64,000 nucleotides of DNA, taken from NCBI GenBank assembly GCA_964016885.1, contig OZ024743.1:202988001-203052000 (forward strand), in the 5' to 3' direction. Source of the stretch: Eledone cirrhosa (lineage: Eukaryota). The notes under the pieces were generated by a model. The model made no database searches and had not been told where the DNA came from. It saw only the letters and a program-made list of their open reading frames with translations. A program made the position numbers and the translations under genes. Below, one piece after another: positions 38,981-53,428 of this stretch. Position 1 is the stretch's first letter, and each line of letters starts with the position of its first letter.

Positions 38981-39445
38981 TATATACCTATATACATACA
39001 AGGATTAGACACAAATGTAACATAGGGATTCATACGATAAATATTCTGAAAATATACTCGCAGATAAAACCTTCCTTCCAATTTGACGAAATCTGGAAAA
39101 TGTAACAGAGTTATCCTCTTTCTATTTATGCGATTTTTCTAAATGCGGGCTATAATTTACAGACAATACCATTTGCTATGAACATTGTGTTAACTCAATT
39201 GAATGTGAATATTGTTTTAATTTCGGGAAAACACAGACATGATTCGATCTTGTTAAATCTCCTTTGCGAACGACATTCCATTATGACTGTAGACTGGTTA
39301 ATTTATCTAACGAAAAGGGAAGGAAATTGAACTGGCTGATCAAATATTTATATAAATATATATAGTTCAAAAGGACAAACAAAGAAACGCAGGAGTCAAT
39401 TGTACATAGTTGTTTTAGGTTCACGCTTGGTGAAAGTGGGGGAGG

Positions 39446-39481
39446 TTTCTACGTTTCGAAATTAAGTCCTTCAACAGGAAA
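39446..39481 (-). ncRNA. Degenerate minimal Penelope-type hammerhead (family J)
   Basis: TTTC-CTGTTGA-aGGAc(ttaa)tTTC-GAAA-CG-TA^GAAA. Core position A6 is mutated. Confidence 0.45.
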
Positions 39482-39759
39482 GTTGAGAGGAATTCCGAGA
39501 GGGAGTAAGGGGTGCTGTAACGCAGCGGGGGTTAACAAGAAGAGCACGAAAAGAAGGGGAAAATAAAAATAAATAGAAACAGAATTTTAAAAAGGGAATA
39601 TATATCAGAATAAAACCAGTTTTAAACTAGTTAGACGATTACTCAACATCAACAGAGTACTCCATACTTGGGATAGCAGAGTATGGCTGATATATGGGAG
39701 CATGTATATATATATATATATCAAACTCTTTCTTCCTCTCTCTTTCTCCTTCTCATTTC

Positions 39760-40440
39760 CACTCACCCTCTGATAAGGAATTGATAAGGAACACCCACAC
39801 CCCGTTCTTGCTTTCTTCTTATTCTCACCATTTTTAAGCCTACCTTAATTAGCAACTACACAGCTATTCCTATTCTCCTTATATTTTATCATGTTTCGCT
39901 GTGACCCGCCTTGTCTCCCCTTCTACCTACCTATTTCGTTGCTATCTACTCTTCTCCCTCTTTCTTCCTCTCCCTTTCTCCCTCTCACTTTCACTAACCC
40001 TCTCTCTTCCCACCACCTCATTGTTTCCCTCGCCTGACCCTCTAGCAGTCCTTTTCTCACTTACACTCGCTGGGGTCAGACGTGTATTTTCGTTCGCCTA
40101 CACGCTCTCGAACTTATGTTCAATTACCAATGTAGACTTGGATTTTCTTATCTGAAGTTGCTCGCACATTCTTCGATTTGTTGTTTCCTTCGCTGTTTTT
40201 CTCTTTTCTTCCCTTTTTTCCCTTTTCCCTTCTATTTTCCTTCCCTCCTCCTCCGTTTTCCCAATAACTTACCTAGTTATTGAACGCTCTCGGGGTAGAT
40301 ATATTGTCTTTAAAGCGTTGAAATATCCGAGACCCCCAGTAGACAAATAATAAGGACCCCCCCCCCCAGTCTTGCTTTCTTCTTATTCTCATTCCATTTT
40401 TAAGCCTACCTTAATTAGCAAATACACAGATAATCCTATT
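39760..40440 (+). mobile_element. Old pLTR-like element with a ~70-bp direct terminal repeat (about 39805 and 40370)
   Basis: TCTTGCTTTCTTCTTATTCTC...TTTTAAGCCTACCTTAATTAGCAA is repeated about 565 bp apart, with a pyrimidine-rich body. Confidence 0.5.
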
Positions 40441-41057
40441 ATATATATATATATCGACAGTCGATCGACTTTCGTCAAATCGGACCGAGGAAACAATGTT
40501 TCCGTTGGTCTTTCCAATTGCTAATACTATCTATCGGTCGCAACTCCAGGTAGAAGGAGCAACGTGAAATGAAGTGTCTTGCTCAACGACATAACGCATC
40601 GCCTGGTCCGTGAATCGAACTCACAACCTCACAATTGCGAATCCAATTCTCTAACCACTCAGCCACACGCCTTCACGCTATATATATATATGTGTATGTA
40701 TGTATGTACGGGCCCGTAACTCATGGGGGAGTCGTAGGGACACCTTATTGAAATACGGCGTTTCTAAGGCATCTTTAAACCTGGCGAACCCTAATCCTCT
40801 GCAGACCTCCCTCGGGGAGGGATAGAATGAGTGTGAGAATGGAAGTGAGAATGTGATATGGAGAAAGAATAGACCACAGTACTAGACTGGTACTTTTTTA
40901 TCATCGAACTCGAATGGATGAGAAGCAAAGTTGACCTCGATGGAATATGAAATCAGAGAGCAGAGGGTTGAAAAGAGTACCGCAAAACCTTCTATGCGAC
41001 GTTCCAACGACTCGGCCAATTCCCCGTCATAGATAAATATAAATTATATATGTCTGT

Positions 41058-41660
41058 ATAGGGCGGGTAAAATTCCCGAGATCAATGGACGAGTACTCTC
41101 CAGCGGTCTCTGGCCCTCATTATCGCTGCCATGTCCTGCGTCTCCAACAGACCAGTGTCTGTCCTTAGTGCATCAACATATGTTGTCCAGTGTGTCCATG
41201 CAGGGGCTCCCACAAGAGCACTGAGTGCAGTGTCAACTCTGGATGTCGGTGAGCATGTCCAGCTAACCTCAGTCTCCTCTGTGTCCATTTTGAGCTGGCT
41301 TTTGGGAGGCTCCCATACAGCTCTGAGTTCTTCATCCTCAGTGTATACTGATTAATGTTCAGCGTCATCCTCAGGATCCTCGTGTAGCACCCATCCACCA
41401 TCTGAGTGAGTTTCTTGGTCAGTGTCCAAGTCTCAGACCCGTACAGCAGCACAGACTCCACTACAGCAGCGAAGAGGCGGATCTTCAGATCTTTACGAAG
41501 GTCCAACTTTCACACCCATCTCAAGCTGTGACACGCCGCCCAGGCTTTGCTCTTCCTCCCGACCACTTCAACTTCCGTTTTCCCAATCTTTACTCCCAAA
41601 TACAGGAAGTCCTCAACCAATTCTAGCGGCTTCCCGCCTACATTAGTAATCTTCTCTGAT
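41058..41660 (-). mobile_element. RTE-clade LINE 3' fragment
   Basis: DFLYLG...LKIRLFAAVVESVLLYGSETWTLTKKL...RLAGHAHRH. Confidence 0.85.
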
Positions 41661-41880
41661 TATTATTTACAGGCGTCTGTTGGTTTTGGGACATGAAACA
41701 TTGTTACGAAACAGACTTCTTAACAACAGTTACAACCAAACTCATAGATTCATAGAGTTCTATTTTCTCACCCTCTCCTCTCTCTTATACTGCATCTTTG
41801 ACATTGAGAAAAATAGATAATTCCTGTAAGAACGTTTTTGTCTCTCTGTCTTTCTGTCTCTCTCAGTCTGAATCTCTATT

Positions 41881-41940
<60 letters not shown>

Positions 41941-42027
41941 GTGTTCGTGTAGTACAAGTGTGCGAGTGTGTAATTCCTCTAAGAACGTTTTTATTTATCT
42001 CTCTGTCTTTCTGTCTCGCTCTGTCTG

Positions 42028-42117
<90 letters not shown>

Positions 42118-42451
42118 CCTCTCTCTCTCTCTCTGTTGTGTGAGTGTGCGAGTGTGAGTGTGAAAGCAACAGAAAAATAAATTCAGTTCTAAAAACTCAT
42201 ATAAACCTATTTACCATAATAAAAAATGACAATGTTAATATAAATATATATTAAATATATATTTAAAAGAAAAAAGGATTTTATCTGATATAATTTTGAA
42301 ATATATAAATGACTAATTTCACAAAAAATAAAAATTCAACAGTCATTAGCAAATCGTTGTTATCATTTGTTTTCTTTAGATAAACAAGGACAACACACAA
42401 AAGAAACGTAGTTATTCGTGTTACTTCGATAAGAAGATTATTCATAACTTT

Positions 42452-42484
<33 letters not shown>

Positions 42485-42547
42485 ATGTGTGTGTATACAT
42501 ACATATATATATATTTGTGTGTGTGTGTATATATATATGAGTGTATG

Positions 42548-42588
<41 letters not shown>

Positions 42589-42610
42589 CGAGAGAGAGAG
42601 ATATATATAG

Positions 42611-42672
<62 letters not shown>

Positions 42673-43047
42673 TTGCGTGTGCGAGTATGTGTGTTTGATG
42701 GATATTATAGATATCTTTATTTTAATACAAGTTTAACCTTTCGATATATTTTGTTCGTTGGCGCCCCTAATCTCACTCAATCTTTCCATACCTCACTCTC
42801 TCCTCCTTCTCCTCTCTCTCATTATGACTCAGATATTTTTATATCTCGTCCTATTGTAATATATATCGATATCCGTCAAAACAATGTTGTCATCTTCTTA
42901 CCTGGGGTTTATTCTTTGCTGTTATTGTTAATATTTCACCACCATTTTATATATTTACACACACCTGTATATATATACATATATATGTATATATATATAC
43001 ATGTCTATATATTATCAAATAATTCTCTTGACATGCTTTACTCTATA

Positions 43048-43103
<56 letters not shown>

Positions 43104-43110
<7 letters not shown>

Positions 43111-43506
43111 AAGAAATTAAAAGATGGTTAAAAAAGTTCTGTATATTTTATTATGCGCATTTCGAAAACAACATCATCCTGGGACAAAAATTGTGTTCTC
43201 ATCAGATAAAATAAGGTAACATGATATGAGGCCTAAAAACACTTGTGAACAAGAAAGTGTCCAGCAACACATGTTTTTCACAAGCGTTTTTAGGTATCAT
43301 ATCTTGGTACCTTATTTTATCTGATGAGAACACAATTTTTGCCCCAGATGATGTTGTTTTCGTAATGCGCATAATAAAATATACGGAACTTTTTTAACCA
43401 TCTTTTAATTTCTTCTTTATATATACTCCAGTTCTACCAACTGTTGAGTGCTACTTATCTGATATATGCATAGATTTATTGTTCTACAATATTTCTCACC
43501 TCCTAC

Positions 43507-43510
<4 letters not shown>
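43104..43510. mobile_element. Fold-back pLTR-type element (family D) with a hammerhead in each arm
   Basis: Arms about 43104-43249 / 43275-43422. The plus-strand copy at 43313-43381 has GAAA changed to GTAA. Confidence 0.85.
43144..43213 (-). ncRNA. Type I hammerhead ribozyme (family D), intact core
   Basis: TATTTTAT-CTGATGA-GAAC...GTTTTC-GAAA-T(GCGC)A-TA^ATAAAATA. Confidence 0.8.
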
Positions 43511-43585
<75 letters not shown>

Positions 43586-43609
43586 GTGCGTGTGTATGTG
43601 TGTGTGTGT

Positions 43610-43730
43610 ATTAGTAAAGATTAAATGTTAAGCAACAAATTTCTGCTTTCACCCTGTTGCGGGATCTTCTAAAACGTAGTAGGGTGAAAACAGAACTTTT
43701 TTGCTGAAACATTAGTCTGTACTAATAAAT
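43610..43730. mobile_element. Short fold-back insertion with a variant hammerhead (43627-43675, -; core TAGAAGA)
   Basis: Arms ACCCT/AGGGT extend for about 45 bp. Homologous to 11270-11333. Confidence 0.55.
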
Positions 43731-44345
43731 ATTTGTTCAACGGGTTTATATATACCGTATTTAACGACGCCGAAGACACTTCGTCCTGAAGTATGCACCC
43801 CATTTTGACAACCAAAAATTTGAAAAAAAATAATAAACAACCTTTGGCCTCCAGGACACATTGTAGATTTTTGAGACTTATTTATGAAAAAAGTGGCTTT
43901 CTCGACGCCGGGAAATAATATACTTTTATATATATATACAATCCTTATCGAGCCCTCTTCTGATTCTGCTCTTCGTACCATTACTATATTATTACTATAT
44001 GTACCAATAATACAGTGGGATAAAAGTAGAAACAATTATTACTATATATATATTATTACTATATATATATATATATGAGTGTGTGTGTGTAAGTGTGTGT
44101 GTAAGTGTGTATGTCTGTGCGTGTATGTGTGTGTTTGTGTATACATGTACACATATATATGTACACACATGTTTATGTATACTGTTTTCCAACTCTTTAT
44201 GGTGAGGCATATAACGCTGTAAGAACACAATGTGGCCTTGAAGAGGTTGTTTAAGTGAAGTTAGGCGAGGAGTGCTATAGTTTATGTGGTAGTTGCTCAT
44301 CACGTAAGGTTTCCTCGAAAAATCTAGTCAAGTTACAGAATCATT

Positions 44346-44379
<34 letters not shown>

Positions 44380-44470
44380 CGTGCGTGTGCGCGCGCATGT
44401 GTGTGTATGTGTGTCTGTTTATTGAACAATGAAAACACCCCAAAGTCGGAGATAAGTGGTAAATTATTTC

Positions 44471-44596
44471 ATTGATTTACGATTGTTTCAAAGTGTTCAT
44501 TGTAGATGGTAGGTCGATATATCGACTAGCAGGTACTGGTTACGTCACTATCTGTTTCTAGTCTAGAAATCCCTGATCAATTTCCTCAGAAACAAT
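44471..44596 (-). ncRNA. Type I hammerhead with branched ~93-nt helix II domain (family F)
   Basis: ATTGTTT-CTGAGGA-...(hairpins TTTCTAG/CTAGAAA and GTCGATATATCGAC)...-GAAA-C(AATC)G-TA^AATCAAT. Confidence 0.55.
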
Positions 44597-44641
44597 ATAT
44601 ATGTGTTGGGGTCACAAGCTGTTAAAACAATTATTTATATA

Positions 44642-44681
44642 GCTCTTACACGTGTTTCGCCCAGAAGGACCCTTCAGAGGC
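44642..44681 (-). ncRNA. Minimal hammerhead (family G) with A9 changed to G
   Basis: GCCT-CTGAAGG-GTCC(ttct)GGGC-GAAA-C(ACGT)G-TA^AGAGC. Confidence 0.6.
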
Positions 44682-45303
44682 AGAAGTTCCTATGGTTACA
44701 TCGGTCAGTATAAATACCGTTGAGAAATTATCACCTCAACTTTACATTAGCCTGCATTTTGTTCGAAAAGAGTAAACACAACGGTGTCGGTGGAAGGAAC
44801 ATAACTCGTTAAGGGGGTTAATTATTCGGTGTCAGAGATTATTCCCGCTCTGCTTAAACCTAAATATTAAATTCCTCTAATATTTAACCCTGCTAACCCA
44901 AACATCGAGCGCACCACGCTTCGGCTATTGGCATCTAGTATTCTGCATCGCACCCCTTTGTACCTCTCTGCTTCATCCTCTCTTACGTTACTTTAACCCT
45001 ATTATTATTATTATTATTATTATTGCCATGCTTTCCAGCATAGTTACGTCCCTTTACGATCTGAGTTCAAATCCCGCCGAGGTTGACTTTGCCTTTCATC
45101 CTTACGGGGTCGATAAAATAAAGTACCAGTAATGCACTGGGTAATTGCTGGCCTTGTGCCTAAAGTAGAAACAATTATTATTATTATTATTATATATATA
45201 TATTATTATTAGAAATGTAAGCTATCGCCGTATTTTGACTATAGAAATTAAAGAAATTATTTAGCATGATAATGGGGTTAAGAACCCTCGGAGAAATGGA
45301 AAA

Positions 45304-45337
<34 letters not shown>

Positions 45338-45339
<2 letters not shown>

Positions 45340-48300
45340 AAAAGGGGCTCCAAGCCAACACACAATGCACAATAAAGTCATACCCTGCTGCATTAATGCA
45401 CACAGACACAATTACAACAACAACAACCAATACAACAAAAACAACAACAACAACAAAAGAGGGAACTAAAACACATACCAACGATGTAACCAAAATTCCA
45501 ATCAAAAGCTACTCCCTGAACTAGAAAACTTCTTTTTTAGCCATGTTGAACATGGCAAAAGAGATACAGAAGATCACCCAACACCATTCTTGCTGTCACT
45601 AACATACAATCTCAAAACAAGCCTCCTGCACCAGTCAAAACCAGCCACCACACTAGCCTCAACATTTTTACTTAATACACAAGGTACAGGCCATCCATCA
45701 ATGCACAGAAATAGAAGATCCAATTCATTGAGGATTGGGTTGGTAACCATGCATTTCACATCCTCTTCTCCATTCTTACTGAGACCCACCTTGACAAGTC
45801 CCGCTTGGAGGCCGTGTTGAAAGGAGGAAGGGTGGAACTGCCATTTTCCTGCATGAGTCCTTTACAACAGATGGTAACACAACATTCTCCAATGGCTACT
45901 GTGAAACAGTCACTGTGCACAACAAAGCCAATGACCTGATATTAGTTGATCTCTATAGGCCACCCCAAACACCCATAATGCGTTGCAAAGAATGCCTCAA
46001 CAGCATTAAGTGCTTTATTCAACAGTGCCATTCTAGTAACATACGTTTGATGGGAGACTTTAATCTACCCTGTGTCAATTAGTCTACAAACAGTTTGAAA
46101 CCAGGCACTCCAACCTCAACCACTGACAAAGAAGCAGTTGAGTCACTTCTCGATTTTATGAATGAGTTTTTCTTGTCCTAACTTGTCCTTACACCAACAA
46201 GGTATCAGAAGAACATCCTGGACCTAGTGTTTAGTAACCACACTAACACTATACATAAAATTACAATAGAAAAAACCCTTCTCTCAGAACATGACACGGA
46301 TCTTTGTAACCTGAGATTCCACCAGAAGAAAGCTAATCCTAGGGACCTCTTTCCAGCCCACCCATTTGATATCATAGATCTCTATAATGCCAACTGGGAT
46401 GCAATCATGAACGAAATATCACATGTTGACTGGTCTTTTACACACGCACTCATTTCCACCAACATCAAAACATCTTGGCAGACCTTTGTAAACACTGTGA
46501 CAAATATATGTGCGAAACACACCACACCAAAACCTGTGAACAAAAAAACTATTATCAGAAAAATAAAACGAACAAACAAAAAGATTAACGCACTAAAATA
46601 CTGCCAAAAGCAACACACATATTCGACGGCTATCGCCCTGCTTGAATCAAATATATATAACCTCCAACAATACATGAAGACCATCATCAATAACCAAAGA
46701 ACGGCTGAAGAGAAGTGGGCCATTGAGAAAATCAAACTCAATCCCAAAGTGTTCTTTTCATTTGCGAAAAAACACAAAGTCTCCACTGTTGGCCCTCTAG
46801 TTGATGAAAATGTCACACTCCAAGATAATGCCAAAACCATGGGCGAGATACTGCAGAAACAATACTACTCTGTTTTCAGCAATCCTGATATGGCCGATCT
46901 GGGCTGTATCAGTGATGTGAATCCCCAACACACTATATCGGACATAAAGTTTGGCGCCCCTGATGTTTTAGCGGCAATAAACGAAATTAAACACAAATAA
47001 GAAGTAGCCTCCGACAGGTTCCCTACTTGTGTCTTGAAGGAGTCTCGATACCAACTTGCATTTCCTCTTGCTAATCTGTGGAGGAACTCACTGGATACAG
47101 GCTATATTTCTGAAAACCTTCTGTCCCAGTGCGTTGTCCCAGTTTTCAAAAAGGGAAATAAGTCCCTTGCAGTGAACTACCGTCCGATCTCACTCACCTG
47201 TCATATCATCAAGGTATTTGAAAGGGTGGTGATATCACGAATAACCCACTTTCTCGAAAGCAACGGCCTGCTGACTTCCAACCAACATGGATTCCGTAAT
47301 GGAAGAGACTGCCTGATGCATCTGTTGACGATGTTTTGAGAGCCTTGGGAGAGGACTCCAACACTGATGTCATCTACCTTGATTTCAGCAAGGCCTTTTA
47401 CAGGGTTGATCATAAGATTCTACTGAAAAATCTATCCAATATTGGTGTCTCTGGAAAGTTACTACAGTGGATAACATGTTTCCTGACAGACAGAACCCAA
47501 GATATTGTAGTCGAAGTAGTAAAATAAAGCCCAGCAAAACTTAGCACTGGCGTCCCACAAGGTACTGTGTTGGGCCCACTCCTTTTCATCATCTACATTA
47601 ATCACATTACTGACATCAAGCACAGCAACATAAAACTCTCCGCAGATAATTCCAAGCTCCAAAGGGTCATCAATGAGGTGGGTGAACGGACTTGTATTCA
47701 GTTAGACTTACTGGCTGTTATCTAATGGGCAGAAAAGGACAATATGCTGTTGAATGAGGATACGTTTGAGTTAATTCACTTCGGAAAAAAGGATGCCGTG
47801 AAACTACCATACTCTCTTCAGATGAAACTCTCGTAATATCCAACAACAGCTGAGACCTGGGAGTAATTTTGGACAGCAACATAAGGTGTTGCCACTCATA
47901 TAAACAGCAAAGATGACATGGCCCACAGAATGTGTTCCTGGATTCTCAGAACCTTCCAGTCGAGATATATCCATACTGTTATCCTTCTCTTCGCCAATTT
48001 TGCCCGACCCCACCTTGAATACTCTTGTACACTGTGGTCTCCCCACACGAAACAAAGTAACATGAAAGTTGAAGCATTCCAAAGATAAATTATAAAAGAG
48101 ATAGATGGCACGATAGGCCTTGACTATTGGAGTCGATTAGAAACGCTTTATTCTCTCCAGCGTCCCGCTCTCTTTAACATTACACTAAAACATTAAATCG
48201 GAAACAGACCCCACCAAGTTCAAGAAGTCTTTGGACAAATACCTTCAAGAAATCCCGGATAAAACTCCTACACCCTGATATGCCTCCGTAAAAAATAACT

Positions 48301-48413
48301 CCCTACTTGAGTGGGCCATGGTGCCCAAATCCTGATTTGAAAGACTTCGCCAGGTGGTGCTTATTAAGTTAAACATGGCCTGGGCTAGCCGAAAACTATC
48401 AAAGTTATCAAAG

Positions 48414-48417
<4 letters not shown>
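45338..48417 (+). mobile_element. 5'-truncated degenerate CR1-type LINE, same family as 25440-30153
   Basis: Colinear with 26785-30150. RT motifs NYRPISLT, YLDFSKAF and GVPQGTVLGP. Tail TCAAAGTTATCAAAGTTA, with (TA)n on both sides. Confidence 0.88.
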
Positions 48418-48449
<32 letters not shown>

Positions 48450-48451
<2 letters not shown>

Positions 48452-48608
48452 CAAAGAAAGTGTGGTAAGGAACCAGGTGGACCATAATGCACAGAGTACT
48501 CGATACTTAGGGTAGTAGAGTGGGTAATAGGAAAAGAGTCAGGACCCCGACGGCTGAGCTCCGGCCGTTTTGACAGCTACATACGAAAAGATCTGACTCT
48601 TTTCCTAT
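48450..48608 (-). mobile_element. Short Penelope pLTR fragment with terminal inversion (same family as 4845 and 10062)
   Basis: Near-identical to 10062-10190. ATAGGAAAAGAGTCAG is inverted at the end. Confidence 0.75.
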
Positions 48609-48774
48609 ATGTGTGTGTGTTTGTGTGTTTAGTCAATACCAAGTCCAGAACATTGTTTAGAAGATGTTGTTCAAGATGTTGCACGCGAATATGGGTAAAT
48701 ATTTCTGTAGTCTAAGTTGGTACACTCACAATGTTTTATCTATTATATAGTTTTCTCCAGCATGTTAGCACATT

Positions 48775-48821
48775 CTAACCCTAACCTTAACCCTAACGCT
48801 AACCCTATCACTAACCCTACC
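48775..48821. repeat. Short degenerate interstitial (CCCTAA)n tract
   Basis: CTAACCCTAACCTTAACCCTAACGCTAACCCTATCACTAACCCTACCC. Confidence 0.6.
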
Positions 48822-49359
48822 CTCCTCTTTCTATTACTCGACTCGCCCTATGTGTGAAACTTAGTTTTTACATCGTGCAAATTCATAGTTTTATTTCAAT
48901 TGTTCTGAATAATTCTCTTTCGGTCATGCAAATTTCCTTTCTCATGCAAATTTACATTTTCTAGTTTCAAATTTTATATGTCCTTTTTTCTGTTTATATT
49001 ATTATGTACATCATTTTGTGGATTTTCTTCGTTTTAATTCCCACTGGTGTATGCGAAAATTATATCATAACTATTTTAAGAGAGTAACAGATGCCACACA
49101 TATTCATCGCTTTTCGTCCTTCATTTGAAAAAAAAGTGAATGGAATATAAATAAGTGAATTTGTTTTCAGCAAAATAAAGTAATATCTAAAACACTGAAT
49201 GAATATTTACGCTCACTTCTAAGAGAGACTTGCAGACATATTGATGTTTCCTGTTTACAAAGTAATTTAGTAAAGAAGGATTTGCATTCACAAAAATTGT
49301 TAGGAATCCAATTCTCTCAGACCTATGGAAAAACACGTCCACTCACGACAATACACAAT

Positions 49360-49670
49360 GATAAAGGTTATAAAGACGATGTTAACATCAGACTGGAAAA
49401 AGCCTGGGGAGCATTGAATGCAATGGAAAAAATATGGAAATCAAACCTGCCGGCCAAACTGAAAAAGAATTTCTTCAGAGCTGCTGTGGAATTTGTGCTT
49501 GTTTATGGCTCTATCACTTGGACGCTAACGTCGAAACTGGAGAAAAAGCTAGACGGGGCATACATACGTATGCTCCGTGCTGTTTAAACGTGTCTTGGAG
49601 GTAACACCCAACAAATAAGGATCTCTATGTCAATATACCACCTATCAGCAGGTCAATACGTGGACAGAAA
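49360..49670 (+). mobile_element. RTE-clade LINE fragment (second family)
   Basis: [24 protein letters not shown]...[12 protein letters not shown]...LDGAYIRMLRAV. Confidence 0.8.
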
Positions 49671-50415
49671 CACAACAACAATAATATTAATAATGTTTTT
49701 TAGTGTAGGCACAAGGCCAGCAATTTGAAGGGGAGGGAAAAGTCGATTAAATCGACCCAGTGCGTCACTGGAACTTTATTTTATCGACTCTGTAAGGATG
49801 AAAGGCTAAGCTAAACACGGTGGGATTTGAACTCAAAACGTAAAGAAACGTAATTATTTGCCACAAAGCATGTTTTCCGACGCTCAACAGATTCTGCTAA
49901 TCCACCGCCTTAATAATAATAACAATGATTGCTGATTTAGGCACAAGGCATATAATTGCAAGGTAGGAAAAAATCGATTAAATCGACCTCAGTGCGTTCC
50001 TTTTTTTTTCTTTTATCGACCCCGTAAGGATGAAAGGCAAAGTTAATCTCGGCGGGATTAAAATTCAGACCTTAAAAGGCCATAATTCTATGCTGCAAGA
50101 AGAAAAAACATTATATTCCATCATATTTAGAAGGTGTAACAAGTTAATGCCCGAAATAAAAATGTAAAATCTAATCTATATTCATGTTTAGAGGTTTTTC
50201 ATTTGTTTTCCCTCATATATTTCTAATTGTGATTGTTGTACTGGCTTTACTTACAATTTTCGGTATTATTAATATTGATATTAATATTTGCCAAAAAAAT
50301 CATAGTAGGATATAGAATTAATGAAAATGGTGAATTTTGAAACTTGTAAAAGAAACAAGCAATCAGTATATTTGAACTTACATTCGCACTAACAGCAACA
50401 TACGCGCATACACCC

Positions 50416-50472
<57 letters not shown>

Positions 50473-50475
50473 ATA

Positions 50476-50523
<48 letters not shown>

Positions 50524-50551
50524 GTCTTCAAATTTATTATTATTACTATAC

Positions 50552-50608
<57 letters not shown>

Positions 50609-50896
50609 TGTGTGTTTGTGTGTCTGTGTGTGACTGTGTGTCTGTGCATATGTATGTCATTCTATGTTCCCAATTCGTCATTGACGTGTGAATTAAAGTA
50701 AGATAGAAAGAAGATAAAAATCTTCGCCCTAATATTACAAGAGATTTGCTTTTCTATCACAGTATCGAATGGTCAGTGTGATCTAATAATATTGATGGCA
50801 AACTTAAGTTAATTAATTTATATTCTTGAGTGAAAATGTATGCATCCGCCTGTTAAACCGACAGACGTGGGAACTAACACACATGCATATACATTC

Positions 50897-50943
<47 letters not shown>

Positions 50944-51208
50944 GAGAGAGAGAAAGAGGGGGGGATAGATAGATGCGTACGTACGTATGTATATGAATAT
51001 GTGTATGTATATATAAATATTTATATATATATATATATATATATATTTTATTATAAAAGTGTTTATATTTTAAGTTATCTTTATTTTTCTGGTTGATCAC
51101 AAGCAGAGATCGTGTTTTGTGTCTCTACGGGGGTTATTTTGTGGAGAGTGTAAATTAAATGGATCAAGTAGACATACACATATATATTTTATATATATAT
51201 ATATGTAC

Positions 51209-51246
<38 letters not shown>

Positions 51247-53396
51247 ATATATGCAGAAATAACAAAGCAAACGACACAGTACAATGACAAATATAGTTTT
51301 ACGATTTATATATATATATACACACACACATATATTAGAGACAGCGATAGATTCACTAACTTGGACCCTAGACAACAAATCCACACATACATATTTATAC
51401 ATGCACACACTCACAAACACACACATATATAAATACACAAACAGATGTATATATCTGTGCATGTTATTGTGGGAATAGTGCGTTGAAACTGACATTGTTA
51501 TATTTTGGCTGGTGTAAGGAGGTCATGTCGGGAATAAAATATCCTTACCACTAGTTTCACTTCGCTTCATTATTAGTTCAGTTAATATATATACATATAC
51601 ACACACGCACACACACATACACACACACATACACACACATATATATATTTATTTATTTATTGTGGTATTTATATATATCAGTGTGTGTGTGTGTGTCTGA
51701 TCGGTTGTTTAAAGATATTCCGGTGATACTCTGCTCTACCGGTTACATTTCAATAACATTTGTGACTTAACATCATGATAGATCCAGAAAAAACTCAGGT
51801 TCTTTATACTCCAGAATAGAGTGTCTGAAAATCTAGCAAATCAAAGGACCAATGAAATCCATATTTACAAACAGAAACATCAGTATATACACACGCGTCT
51901 TGAAAACATAAATATGGTGAGTCTTTCTATACATTTGTGAATGTTGGATGATAAGCAATGAATTGAAAAGGAATATTGACGCATTATGGTAAACAAGCCA
52001 GAATACAACCAAGTCTTTCCTATACCACCACAGATTGTATATACGTATGTTCGTATATATGTATGTATATATGTATGTGGGCATGTATATATGAATGTGT
52101 CTGTATGGTTGTACATATGTATGTAGGTATGTATGTGTTTGAATGTATATATATATATATATATATGCATATATTCTGGACACATTCATATATCTCACTA
52201 AGTGGACCTATAAATATTGTAAGACGCTTCACGAATTCAAAAAAACCTCTTACAATATTTGTCAAGCTGATAGGTAGAATCTGGTCATTTCGTAGCATAA
52301 CCACTCGAACTAATGTATGAAATAAATTTTATAACGGTGATTCTGTGTTTGTCTGAGACATCACTAAAACGGTTATGGTGGATCCTCATTAACAGCCCCA
52401 AGGAGCTGGAATTCTCACAATTGAATTATACATTGTAAATAATTCCCTGTACATAATCCATGTATACAATTTTATTAAACAAATTTGTATAAAACTGTGA
52501 TCAAGTATATTTCAGTAATGTGCCTCTCTGAGATGTGCTCTCTAGTCCTCTAGTTAGATTTAATGGTAGCGTCGGTACTGATTTGTATATCATTCTTTGT
52601 TATAGATTAAATTTGCATTGTATTGATTTTATGTGTATTCTGTATGTAGATTGACACGTGCTGGCCAGTTGTCATTCAGTGCAAGCTTTAGTAATATATA
52701 ACTTATATTAAGGCAAAATGCCAAAAAATGTTAAGAAATATTCTAATACATTAGTTAGTGGGATATGTATAAACGTTAGATTTTTGTGATTTTACATCTA
52801 TCTAAATGGACGTACCTCAGTCCTGTAAAATATCTAGCAATTTTTAACATATTTTTTTAACATCATCATGGTCATCACAGCAACTTCTTTTTTCATTCTT
52901 TTTCTCCTTCTTTCATCATTATCTTATTATTAGAAATAGTAGAAGGGTGGAGGATTGACATTATCCCTAGAGCATCGGACACCATGCTTCGCGGCATAGA
53001 GTTACGGCCCTTTACTTTCTGAGTTCAAATCTAGACAAGGATAGCTTTGCCTTTCATCCTTACGGGGTTGGAAAATATAACACCAGCAATGTACTGGAGT
53101 CATTTTAATCGTGCCTAAGTAGAAACAATTATTATTAGTAGTAGAACTACTGTTGATGTTGTTGTTGTTGTTATTATTGGTACTGCTATGGTATGTCGCG
53201 GAATATTCTATCATTAATCATTTTATAGATGTTTGGCGAATTATTTCGACATTATATATAATTAGCTGAAATGTTTCTAAAGAATTGTTTTAAAATGGTT
53301 TTAGTTATTATAATACAATGTTCCAGAAAAAAGCTACGAGACAATCACAAACGAAGGCATATACAGGGACATGCAGACACACACATACACACACAC

Positions 53397-53428
<32 letters not shown>

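Noticed and set aside
40288-40332. TCTCG...GAAATATC^CGAGA, possible hammerhead remnant
   Set aside because: The CUGANGA core is unrecognisable (GGGTAGA), so only the host repeat is reported.
40600-40678. tRNA-like A and B boxes
   Set aside because: This is a SINE head continuing into the SINE core; no complete cloverleaf.
48775-48821. Telomere or chromosome-fusion relic
   Set aside because: Short, degenerate and single-orientation; such tracts are common in transposon relics.
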